Positions 16,848 through 24,954 of a DNA stretch of 28,239 bases are shown here, in pieces (the first letter of the stretch is position 1; the number at the start of each line of letters is the position of its first letter). The position numbers and the translations under genes are program-made. The notes beneath the pieces are model-generated. The model was not told where the DNA came from, ran no database searches, and was given only the letters and a program-made list of their open reading frames with translations. Origin of the DNA: a virus (lineage: Duplodnaviria > Caudoviricetes); the IMG/VR virus record IMGVR_UViG_3300044701_004466, positions 1-28,239 of that record. One strand, given 5' to 3'.

Positions 16848-19800
16848 ATGGCACTGATTTCCCCAGGTTTACAACTCTCAGTCACAGACGAGAGCCAATA
16901 CGTACCCGGCGCAGTTGGAACTACACCTCTGTTGGTTCTCGCTACCGCACAAGATAAAACAGCCAATGGTAGTTATGCCGCTGGCACATCAAAAGCCAAT
17001 GCTGGTAAACTACAGGTTTTCACTAGCCAGAGAGAATTGGTTGCCCAACTTGGCTATCCTATTTTCAAACAAAGCGCATCAGGCACACCCATACACGGCA
17101 GCCCACTAAACGAATATGGTTTAATGACCGCTTATTCGGCACTGGCAGGCGCAAACAGACTTTATGCTATACGTGCCGACATTGACCTTGATCAACTTGA
17201 AGCTACTTCCATACGTCCCATCGGCGAACCTGAAGACAGCACCTATTGGATCGATCTCGCAGAAGCGACCTGGGGAATTTTTGAATGGGATTTTGATTCA
17301 AAAACTTTTACAGAAAAAACTCCTGTTCTTATCACCGACGAAGACGACACCGAAGGTGGGTCTACATTGAAACCCTTGGCTTCAATCGGAAACATCGGAG
17401 ATTATGCTGTAACCGCCATCATAAAAAACGATCTGTTTGATGGACGTGTTTTCAAGAAAGATTCTGGCAATGTTTGGCGTCGAGTTGGTAGTGATGAATG
17501 GCGTTATCGTGCTGTACCAGCAGTAATTGGCACAGAGTTAAATCCAACAGTCACAATTGGAGATGAGATTACCATCAACGGCACAACGGTCACTTTTACT
17601 GGAACAACTTTAACTCAGGTAGTAGCCGATATCAACAACACATTTGTTGAATACAATGCCGACGACACAGTACCACAAGGTATCCGTGCTAGAAACAACA
17701 ACGGCTATCTCGAGTTATATGTTACATATACCACCTCTGGCAATGATCCCCGTGACGGAAAGATGATTATTTCTAATTCTGTAGGGACACCATTGGCTGA
17801 TTTAGGAATCACTGCGGCCACCTACGATGCTCCAACAGTACATTACGGCTCATATGTTGATGTACCAAATTGGGGTGCTTCCGCATCTAAGCGTCCTTCC
17901 GGCAGCGTTTACATCAAGACTTCTGCCACTGGCGGCGGCATGAACGTTCCTGTTAAAAAATTCAACGCTGATTCAGGATCCTGGACGTCCCAGGCTGCCC
18001 CAGTATACCGCACAGAAGAAGAAGCCATTTATGCTTTTGATCCAGTGGCCGGTGGATTTGGCACAGCGGCTGGAACACTATTCTTCCGTACTAGATCCGA
18101 TTACGCATTAGATTTTTCTGACACTGAGATGATCTATCGTCTTTATATCAAACAGAGATCTGGAATTTCGGCACAAACTCAAACACCTACAGGTATAACA
18201 GGCGGAACCATAGAATTCTTGGTCAGCCAGTCAGGTTCTTCAACTCTTACATCACACACAGTCACTATCGCCAATGGATCATCAATTAGTGATTACGCTA
18301 CTAAGTTTGTGACTGCTATAGCAGCTGCCAACATTCCGGAAGTACGAGCAGTTATACGCACCAATGGGGATATACAAATACAACAAACCGCTGGCGGATT
18401 GATTAAGATGCGCAATCTCAGCGGAACACCGTTGACCAGTGCTGGCTTTACTTTCTCTAACACACGTGACAACGGCACATACATGTTTGTGAGTAACTAT
18501 GTGAATATCACTGATACCACTCCGGTGTTTAGCGGATACCCACTATTCGCTGATTTTACAGCACCTTATAAAGCACCTGAAGATGGCACACTTTGGTATT
18601 TTGGTGACCCCACACAAGTTGACATCATGATCAATGATGGCACAGCCTGGAAAGGCTATCGTAACGTGACCACTGATGCTCGTGGTTACAATCTCGCATT
18701 AACTGACTCTCTGGGACCAATCATCACTCCAACCAAACCCAAGACAAACAACTCTGGGGGTGCGCTGGCAGCTGGAGATATCTGGTTAGATACTTCCGAC
18801 CTTGAAAACTATCCTAAATTGTATCGTTATAACACCAGCGGACAATGGGTATCTATCGACAACACCGATCGTACCAGCCAAAATGGTATTGTTTTCGCAG
18901 ATGCTCGTTGGGATGGTTACAGCGATGACACAGGTGGAACAGCCGATGTGATTGCGGATGATTTACCTGATGTGGTCGAAATGTTGGAAAGCGACTATGT
19001 AGATCTTGACGCGCCCAATCCAAGACTTTACCCACGTGGTACCTTGTTATTTAATACACGTCGTTCAGGATTTAACGTCAAGAAATACATTGGCGATTAT
19101 TTCAATGAAGACAGCTTCCCCGAAGCCGACAGTCTTCCTGATGTAGCGTCAGCTTGGGTTGGTGTCAGTGGTCTCAAAGACTCTGGCGCACCTTATATGG
19201 GCACACAAGCACAACGCAATATGGTGGTCAAGGCCATGCGTAGCGCATTAGATGGCAATACTCAGGTACGCGAAGAGCAGTTCTTCTTTAACTTGATTGT
19301 TACACCAGGTTACCCAGAACTGATCACCAATATGGTGGCTCTCAATAATGATCGTAAGAACACAGCATTTGTCATTGGTGACACACCACTGACACTACCT
19401 GCTAACAGCATACGTATCGCTAACTGGGCTAATAATACCAATGGTGACGGATTGTCCACAGCAGATCCATATTTGGGTGTGTTTTATCCAAGCGGCTTAA
19501 CCAATGACGTTGATGGAAATACCATCGTTGTGCCTGCTAGCCATATGATGCTAAGAACTTTCATACGCAACGATAACATTTCATATCAGTGGTTTGCACC
19601 CGCCGGCACACGACGCGGTTTGATTGATAATGCTACCGACATTGGCTACGTTGACTCAAGCACAGGCTCATTTGTGCGCAATGGTATCAATCAAGGAATG
19701 CGTGATGCCTTGTACGAAAATCGTGTCAACCCATTGACCATCCTTCCAGGTGTTGGATTAGTTACCTGGGGTCAGAAAACACGAAATCCGACCGCATCGG

Positions 19801-20129
19801 CCATGGACCGTATCAATGTAGCACGTCTAGTGAACTACATCCGTACGATACTTGCTTCTGTGGGTAATGGATTCTTGTTTGAACCCAATGATAAAATCAC
19901 ACGCGACCAAATCAAGTCGATCATTGAAGGTGCTTTAAACGATTTAGTAGCAAAACGTGCTGTTTACGACTATCTAGTAGTCTGCGATAGTTCAAACAAT
20001 ACACCTGATCGCATCGCTAGAAACGAATTGTATGTTGACATAGCCATTGAGCCAATGAAGGCTGTGGAATATATCTACATTCCAATCCGTTTGAAGAACC
20101 CCGGCGATATCGCCAAGTTGGGTGGATAA
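16848..20129 (+). CDS. gp18: Contractile tail sheath protein (1093 aa)
   Basis: MAL.SPG.....DES N-terminus; WFAPAG.RRG, LY.NRVNP, WGQKT, DRINVARL, FEPND..TR, CD.SNNTP..I.RNEL.VDI.I.P C-terminus. Confidence 0.97.
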   Translation: MALISPGLQLSVTDESQYVPGAVGTTPLLVLATAQDKTANGSYAAGTSKANAGKLQVFTSQRELVAQLGYPIFKQSASGTPIHGSPLNEYGLMTAYSALAGANRLYAIRADIDLDQLEATSIRPIGEPEDSTYWIDLAEATWGIFEWDFDSKTFTEKTPVLITDEDDTEGGSTLKPLASIGNIGDYAVTAIIKNDLFDGRVFKKDSGNVWRRVGSDEWRYRAVPAVIGTELNPTVTIGDEITINGTTVTFTGTTLTQVVADINNTFVEYNADDTVPQGIRARNNNGYLELYVTYTTSGNDPRDGKMIISNSVGTPLADLGITAATYDAPTVHYGSYVDVPNWGASASKRPSGSVYIKTSATGGGMNVPVKKFNADSGSWTSQAAPVYRTEEEAIYAFDPVAGGFGTAAGTLFFRTRSDYALDFSDTEMIYRLYIKQRSGISAQTQTPTGITGGTIEFLVSQSGSSTLTSHTVTIANGSSISDYATKFVTAIAAANIPEVRAVIRTNGDIQIQQTAGGLIKMRNLSGTPLTSAGFTFSNTRDNGTYMFVSNYVNITDTTPVFSGYPLFADFTAPYKAPEDGTLWYFGDPTQVDIMINDGTAWKGYRNVTTDARGYNLALTDSLGPIITPTKPKTNNSGGALAAGDIWLDTSDLENYPKLYRYNTSGQWVSIDNTDRTSQNGIVFADARWDGYSDDTGGTADVIADDLPDVVEMLESDYVDLDAPNPRLYPRGTLLFNTRRSGFNVKKYIGDYFNEDSFPEADSLPDVASAWVGVSGLKDSGAPYMGTQAQRNMVVKAMRSALDGNTQVREEQFFFNLIVTPGYPELITNMVALNNDRKNTAFVIGDTPLTLPANSIRIANWANNTNGDGLSTADPYLGVFYPSGLTNDVDGNTIVVPASHMMLRTFIRNDNISYQWFAPAGTRRGLIDNATDIGYVDSSTGSFVRNGINQGMRDALYENRVNPLTILPGVGLVTWGQKTRNPTASAMDRINVARLVNYIRTILASVGNGFLFEPNDKITRDQIKSIIEGALNDLVAKRAVYDYLVVCDSSNNTPDRIARNELYVDIAIEPMKAVEYIYIPIRLKNPGDIAKLGG

Positions 20130-20139
20130 TATGAGTATA

Positions 20140-20166
20140 TAACGAGAGAGTCCAACTCTCTCGTTA
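20140..20166. other. Perfect 12-bp intergenic hairpin without U-tract
   Basis: TAACGAGAGAGT-cca-ACTCTCTCGTTA between the sheath and tube genes. Confidence 0.8.
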
Positions 20167-20177
20167 GAAGCTTGTAC

Positions 20178-20193
20178 ACAGATAAATATCTGT
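20178..20193 (+). promoter_or_regulatory. Late promoter TAAATA (20183-20188) centred in a palindrome
   Basis: ACAGATA-aa-TATCTGT, followed by an AGGAG RBS and ATG 20210. Confidence 0.75.
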
Positions 20194-20209
20194 AACAGGA
20201 GAATAAAAG

Positions 20210-20827
20210 ATGTCTGTTTCGTCATTGACAAGATTTACAGTACCTTTAGCCACAGACCAAAGCGCATCGGCGCAAGGCCTGTTGATGCCAAAACTTAAAT
20301 TTCGATTCCGTGCTTCATTTGACGGATTCGGTGTTAGCCAACCTAAAGTAGAATTGACCAAGCAGGTCATGGACATTAAACGTCCATCGGTGAACTTCAA
20401 TCCGTTTGCCATCGATGTTTATAACAGCAAGGTTTACCTCCAAGGAAAACCAGAATGGCAAGAAACATCTGTTAATCTTCGCGATGATGCTGCCGGTAAT
20501 GTGGCCAAGTTAGTTGGCGAACAAATACAAAAGCAGTTTGATTTTATGGAGCAGAGTTCCGCCGCGTCAGGTATTGATTATAAATTTATCCTGCGCTACG
20601 AAGTATTGGATGGCGGAAACGGAGCTTCCACTCCCAATATTTTAGAAACCTGGGAACTTTATGGCTGCCAGGTAAGCCAAGTTGACTACGGCGAAATGAA
20701 TTACGGTTCAAATGAACCCGCAACAATCGCCTTGACTATACGATTCGATAATGCTATCCAATCTCCGATTGGAACTGGTGTGGGTTCAACGGTCGCTCGT
20801 ACGATTGGATCTACCATTACTGGCTAA
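20210..20827 (+). CDS. gp19: Tail tube protein
   Basis: Follows the sheath gene; 205 aa; RP.V.F, GKPEW, ETWELYGC, YGEMNY and TIRFD pattern. Confidence 0.88.
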   Translation: MSVSSLTRFTVPLATDQSASAQGLLMPKLKFRFRASFDGFGVSQPKVELTKQVMDIKRPSVNFNPFAIDVYNSKVYLQGKPEWQETSVNLRDDAAGNVAKLVGEQIQKQFDFMEQSSAASGIDYKFILRYEVLDGGNGASTPNILETWELYGCQVSQVDYGEMNYGSNEPATIALTIRFDNAIQSPIGTGVGSTVARTIGSTITG

Positions 20828-20873
20828 GCCAGACGAGACTTAAAGAACAGAGTAGAATTAGAGTAAGACCTCT

Positions 20874-20902
20874 AAAAAACCCGGCTAAGCCGGGTTTTTT
20901 TT
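20874..20902. terminator. Intrinsic terminator
   Basis: AAAAAACCCGGC-taa-GCCGGGTTTTTTTT. Confidence 0.92.
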
Positions 20903-20906
20903 ACCA

Positions 20907-20912
20907 TAAATA
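20907..20912 (+). promoter_or_regulatory. Late promoter TAAATA
   Basis: CATAAATATT immediately after the terminator, upstream of ATG 20938. Confidence 0.75.
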
Positions 20913-20937
20913 TTTGAAATAACTTGAGATCAACACG

Positions 20938-22074
20938 ATGCCCAGCATTAATCAGTTTTTAAAACAACTTGCCACCGGCGACCAGATCAAAGACTACGCT
21001 CATGGCGCCAGGCTGTTTGTTGACGACAACTATAGACTGAGTCCCAAGTATGGATTCTTGTTCCATGTGGCTTTCGACATCAACCCCGAAGTCAGTAGGA
21101 TGCCTAGAGATCAATTGCTAGAGTTAGGGATGGTGGTCAAGACAGCGTCCCTACCAAAATTTACTGTGGATGTCAAAACATTAAACGCCTACAATCGTGT
21201 CAATGTGGTACAGAATAAAATCAAATATGATCCAGTACAGATTTCCTTCCACGATGATTCGGCAGATGTGGTTAGAGATTTCTGGTACGACTACTACAGC
21301 TATTATTATAGAGACAGCGATTACCAGCACAGCGTTTACACTTCTGCTCACAAATATAGTCCGAGACAGGCCCAGGCCTGGGGATATAGCCCTAGGAGTT
21401 ACCCACGCAGTCAATCATCGACACAGCAGTTCCTTCGTGCTGTTAGGATCTACAGCTTACACCAAAAAAGATTCAGCGAATACACATTGATCAATCCAGT
21501 CATCACAGCATTCCGACACGGTGAGCATCAAAATGGTGCCAATGAGTTGATGACTCACGAAATGACCATAAGTTACGAAACAGTAAAATATGCCCACGGT
21601 TGGGCATCCAGTCGTACTGTCACTGGCTTCGCAGATTTACACTATGACAAGAGACCCAGTCCACTGACTCCAGCCGGAGGAGGAACAAACAGTATCCTAG
21701 GTCCAGGCGGACTGCTTGACACAGTCGACGATGTCACCACAGATCTCGCCGAAGGTAACTTCCTTGGTGCAGCATTCAAAGGTGCGAGAGGGTTTCAGAA
21801 TTTCCGAGGCAAAGATTTAAAGGCCATTGCTGGAGCAGAACTGACCAGTGTTGGTATGGATATATTAAGAGGCAATAATCCTTTGTCAAAGGTAAACATT
21901 CCATCGGTGTCTAGTTTAGCCGGTAAAGTTTCTTCGGGCTTGGGAACATTGGCAAGCGGTATTGGATTTGGATCTGGATCGGTACGCAGTAATGGTGGTT
22001 CAGTGGTAACATCAAGATCGCCATCTGCCAGTACCTACAATCCAAGATTTCCTGATATCTCCGGGGGAGAATAA
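20938..22074 (+). CDS. Tail-tube-fold baseplate/tube initiator protein (gp48/gp54-like)
   Basis: VK...LPKF......N.YNR......I.Y.PV.I.FHDD and L.NP.I..F.H....MTI.YE tube-like core with a Gly/Ser-rich tail; follows the tube gene. Confidence 0.6.
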   Translation: MPSINQFLKQLATGDQIKDYAHGARLFVDDNYRLSPKYGFLFHVAFDINPEVSRMPRDQLLELGMVVKTASLPKFTVDVKTLNAYNRVNVVQNKIKYDPVQISFHDDSADVVRDFWYDYYSYYYRDSDYQHSVYTSAHKYSPRQAQAWGYSPRSYPRSQSSTQQFLRAVRIYSLHQKRFSEYTLINPVITAFRHGEHQNGANELMTHEMTISYETVKYAHGWASSRTVTGFADLHYDKRPSPLTPAGGGTNSILGPGGLLDTVDDVTTDLAEGNFLGAAFKGARGFQNFRGKDLKAIAGAELTSVGMDILRGNNPLSKVNIPSVSSLAGKVSSGLGTLASGIGFGSGSVRSNGGSVVTSRSPSASTYNPRFPDISGGE

Positions 22075-22076
22075 TC

Positions 22077-22445
22077 GTGGCCACTACAGAGATAACCAAT
22101 TATACACGCACTGAGTACGGAACCACTCAGGAATATTTTAATAATTATTTTAAGAGTTCTATAGATGTACCTGGTACGGTCAATGATGCGATATTTTCAT
22201 TTTTTGAAAAAATTTCAGAAAACAAAGAAAGCGCCGCGGCTTTGGCCAGCGCAGTAATTTATACCAGTCGCAGCCAAGGTATTGATCCAATGGTAGTGTT
22301 GGATCAATTTGCCAAATTAGAAAAAACTCAGTTGTCGGCTTATATCTGTATGTTCTTGAACTTTAATCGTATCGGCACCAGCCTATTGGGTGTCAATAAT
22401 CAGCCCATACGCAACAAGTACATTGAACGATCAATATTGCCATGA
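22077..22445 (+). CDS. Hypothetical protein, probably structural (122 aa)
   Basis: GTG start after GGAG; ATGA overlap with the next gene. Confidence 0.75.
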   Translation: MATTEITNYTRTEYGTTQEYFNNYFKSSIDVPGTVNDAIFSFFEKISENKESAAALASAVIYTSRSQGIDPMVVLDQFAKLEKTQLSAYICMFLNFNRIGTSLLGVNNQPIRNKYIERSILP

Positions 22446-22876
22446 GCAAGTACGCACAAGGTAAATTCCAGATAAAAAATCCTGAAAAATATGTAGGAAA
22501 AAAACAACCTACATATAGAAGCGCCTGGGAATTTGTTTTCATGAATTTCTGTGACAACAATCCCAATATTCTACAGTGGGCCAGCGAAGCAGTACACATC
22601 AATTATCGCAATCCACTTACGAACAAAAATACTATCTATGTTCCTGATTTTTTGATCATATACACAGACAAAAACGGCAAACAACACGGAGACGTCATCG
22701 AAGTAAAACCCAAGAAAGAAACTGCCATGGAAAACGCTCGTAGCACCCGAGATCAAGCATTTGTATTGCTTAACATGGCCAAGTGGGAAGCGGCCCGTGC
22801 TTGGTGTAAAAATCAAGGTCTAAACTTCCGTGTAGTCACCGAAGATCAGATATTTCACCAAGGAAAAGGTAAATAA
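22442..22876 (+). CDS. gp4: Head completion nuclease (T4 gp4-like, TnsA-type PD-(D/E)XK)
   Basis: QGKF..KNPEKY.G, YRS.WE..FM.FCD.N..I.QW.SE, YVPDF, IEVKP, N.AKW.AA and F.VVTE motifs. Confidence 0.9.
   Translation: MSKYAQGKFQIKNPEKYVGKKQPTYRSAWEFVFMNFCDNNPNILQWASEAVHINYRNPLTNKNTIYVPDFLIIYTDKNGKQHGDVIEVKPKKETAMENARSTRDQAFVLLNMAKWEAARAWCKNQGLNFRVVTEDQIFHQGKGK
22870..22875 (+). promoter_or_regulatory. Candidate late promoter TAAATA for the DctP-like pair
   Basis: Overlaps the last codons of gp4; 59 nt before ATG 22935, with an AAGGAG RBS. It could also arise by chance from GGT AAA TAA. Confidence 0.45.
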
Positions 22877-22934
22877 TTCAGTAAACTAATGAAGTTTAGT
22901 TTTTTTCATCCCTATATTCAAGGAGACTCCCCAA

Positions 22935-23882
22935 ATGACACAAGCAAAAAAAATTCGCTGGGTACTCGCACATGAGCCTATCGAACTTTTTATCCGTGCT
23001 GCAAAAGTTTTTGCTGCCGAAGTACAAGCAAAAGCCCCCGGTGCGTTAGATATTGAAGTACTCACACTCAGCGAATATGCTGAAAAATACAATGGTGGTA
23101 AAGCAGTTAGCAAACACGATCTAGTTGATTTGCTTGACAGCGGCGCAATTGAAATGAGCCAGACATATACCATCACCCTGGGCAAAGTCAACAAAGACTT
23201 CTACGCCCTGGACTTGCCTTTCCTGTTTCAAAGCCACGATCATGCTAGTCGCGTGTTCGAGGGCGAAGTTGGCAAGAGCCTGCTCGGTAGCCTCAGCGCA
23301 GAAAAGAAGATCAAAGGTCTTGCTTTCACATACTCGGGCGGTTTCCGTATCATCCCAGGTAATGAAGCGGTTTCTAAGATTGAAGATTTGCGCGGTATGA
23401 AAATTCGTACATCGCACTCTCCAGTTGCCATTGACACATTTAAAGCAGTTGGTGCTGATGTAGTTCCGATGGAACTAGAAGAACTAACAGAAGGTCTTGC
23501 ACAAGCCGACGTCACTGTTGGTGAAAGCACATACCCACGTGTTTATGCTCTTGGACAAAATGCTGTTTCTAAAGTCATCAATCATACAGAGCACAGTTTG
23601 TTCTTGACATCGATTCTGATTGGTGAAACATTATGGAACAGCCTCAGCGAAGATCTACAAAAAGTTGTAGCCGACGCCGCCATTGCTGCCGCCCGCCATG
23701 AGCGCGATCTGTCTGTTGCTGATGTAGCCGCTACACAAGAACGTGCCGCTAAAGACGGCATCGAGATCGTGAAGTTAAACGCAGAAGAAAAAGCCAAGTT
23801 CCAAGAAGCAACCAAAGAAATCTACATCAAATATGAAGATTACTTTACTCCTGGTCTAGTTTCGTCGATCCAGAAAAGTTAA
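22935..23882 (+). CDS. dctP: TRAP-type DctP-like solute-binding protein lacking a signal peptide (copy 1)
   Basis: LDLPFLF....HA.RV..G.VG..L, GGFR, EDLRGMKIR, HSLF and W.SL..DLQ.VV..AA motifs; no hydrophobic leader. Confidence 0.88.
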   Translation: MTQAKKIRWVLAHEPIELFIRAAKVFAAEVQAKAPGALDIEVLTLSEYAEKYNGGKAVSKHDLVDLLDSGAIEMSQTYTITLGKVNKDFYALDLPFLFQSHDHASRVFEGEVGKSLLGSLSAEKKIKGLAFTYSGGFRIIPGNEAVSKIEDLRGMKIRTSHSPVAIDTFKAVGADVVPMELEELTEGLAQADVTVGESTYPRVYALGQNAVSKVINHTEHSLFLTSILIGETLWNSLSEDLQKVVADAAIAAARHERDLSVADVAATQERAAKDGIEIVKLNAEEKAKFQEATKEIYIKYEDYFTPGLVSSIQKS

Positions 23883-23900
23883 TAAAGGTAATAAAATATT

Positions 23901-24854
23901 ATGACGACTGCAAAAAAAATACGTTGGGTAATCGCACACGAACCTTTAAGTCTATTTGTTCGTGCTGCCAAAGATTTTGAGCGCGAAGTCAATTCTTTAC
24001 AAAGCAAGTACAAAATTGAAGTAGAAATTATGACACTTGCTGAGTACAGCCAGCGTTACAATGATGGAGTGGTTGTCACCAAACATGACCTGCTCGATCT
24101 TATGGAATCTGGAAAAATTGACATGAGCCAGATGTACACAACCTGGTTGGCAGAAAAATACAGCGACGATATGCACGTTCTTGATATGCCGTTCTTATTT
24201 GAAGATCATGATCATGCTAGTCGTGTACTCGAAGGCGAAGTCGGAGAATACCTACTTGGATCTATCAAAGAAAAAAGTAATGTTCGGGGACTTGCTTTTA
24301 CATATTCAGGTGGCTTCCGTTGTGTTCCATCATCAAAAGCAGTACGTACATTAGCTGATTTTGCCGGACTTTCAGTTCGTAGCAACAAGAATCCAATGGC
24401 CATGGAAACATTCCGCGCAATCGGAGCGAATCCAGTTGCGATGGAATTGGAAGAAATTAACTCAGGAGTCAATGATGGCATCGTAGTTGGTGGAGAAAGT
24501 GCTTTCCCCCGTATCTATCCATTAAACCAAAATGAGTTTAGTCAGGCAGTTATTGATACACAGCACAGTTTATTTTTAACATCAATTATCATCACTGACA
24601 CCTTCTGGCAGAGCCTCGGCGAAGATCTACAAAAGATCATCAAAGAAGCCGCTGTCCGCGCAGGCAGAGCAGAACGAGTAGAATCTATCAAAGATGGCGA
24701 AAACGCAAAATCAAGATTGGTATCTGAAGGAAAAGAAGTTATTAGCCTGAGTCAGCAGGATCAACTTGAATTTAAACAACGCACCGAAACAGTTTACGAA
24801 AAGTTTGAAAATTTCTTTTCGCCGGGCTTAGTTTCGAAAATCCGTAATAGATAA
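23901..24854 (+). CDS. dctP: TRAP-type DctP-like solute-binding protein lacking a signal peptide (copy 2)
   Basis: Full-length paralogue of copy 1: LDMPFLF, GGFR, DFAGLSVR, W.SL.EDLQ; AAGGT RBS. Confidence 0.88.
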   Translation: MTTAKKIRWVIAHEPLSLFVRAAKDFEREVNSLQSKYKIEVEIMTLAEYSQRYNDGVVVTKHDLLDLMESGKIDMSQMYTTWLAEKYSDDMHVLDMPFLFEDHDHASRVLEGEVGEYLLGSIKEKSNVRGLAFTYSGGFRCVPSSKAVRTLADFAGLSVRSNKNPMAMETFRAIGANPVAMELEEINSGVNDGIVVGGESAFPRIYPLNQNEFSQAVIDTQHSLFLTSIIITDTFWQSLGEDLQKIIKEAAVRAGRAERVESIKDGENAKSRLVSEGKEVISLSQQDQLEFKQRTETVYEKFENFFSPGLVSKIRNR

Positions 24855-24876
24855 TATTTTTTATCTTTAAAAATAG

Positions 24877-24906
24877 GAAAAAGGACCAATGGTCCTTTTT
24901 CTTTTT
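24877..24906 (+). terminator. Intrinsic terminator after the DctP-like pair
   Basis: GAAAAAGGACC-aat-GGTCCTTTTTC-TTTTT. Confidence 0.88.
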
Positions 24907-24925
24907 ACATCAGCGGAACCTCCAG

Positions 24926-24931
24926 TAAATA
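24926..24931 (+). promoter_or_regulatory. Late promoter TAAATA for the PP-loop gene
   Basis: Lies between the terminator and ATG 24955. Confidence 0.6.
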
Positions 24932-24954
24932 ACTTTGAACTCTTATCGATTTAC

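Noticed and set aside
20828-20873. Purine-rich spacer with an AGAGTA direct repeat after the tube gene
   Set aside because: Only two 6-nt copies, compatible with chance.
22442-22876. TnsA-like nuclease as evidence of a Tn7-type transposon carrying the DctP cassette
   Set aside because: Motifs and context fit the T4 gp4 head completion protein; no TnsB/TnsC or terminal repeats seen.
22882-22909. Alternative AT-rich stems and T-tract in the DctP leader as a riboswitch or attenuator
   Set aside because: Stems are short and almost all A-U, and the leader is too small for a recognisable aptamer; unsupported without probing.
22935-24854. Host-derived TRAP transporter operon or chimeric assembly
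   Set aside because: No dctQ/dctM and no signal peptides; phage-type TAAATA motifs and uninterrupted phage genes flank the cassette. Read-level confirmation is still advisable.
24889-24954. Tracked N-terminal extension MVLFLFTSAEPP... as a signal peptide of the PP-loop protein
   Set aside because: That ATG lies inside the terminator hairpin and upstream of the TAAATA motif; ATG 24955 is more plausible.
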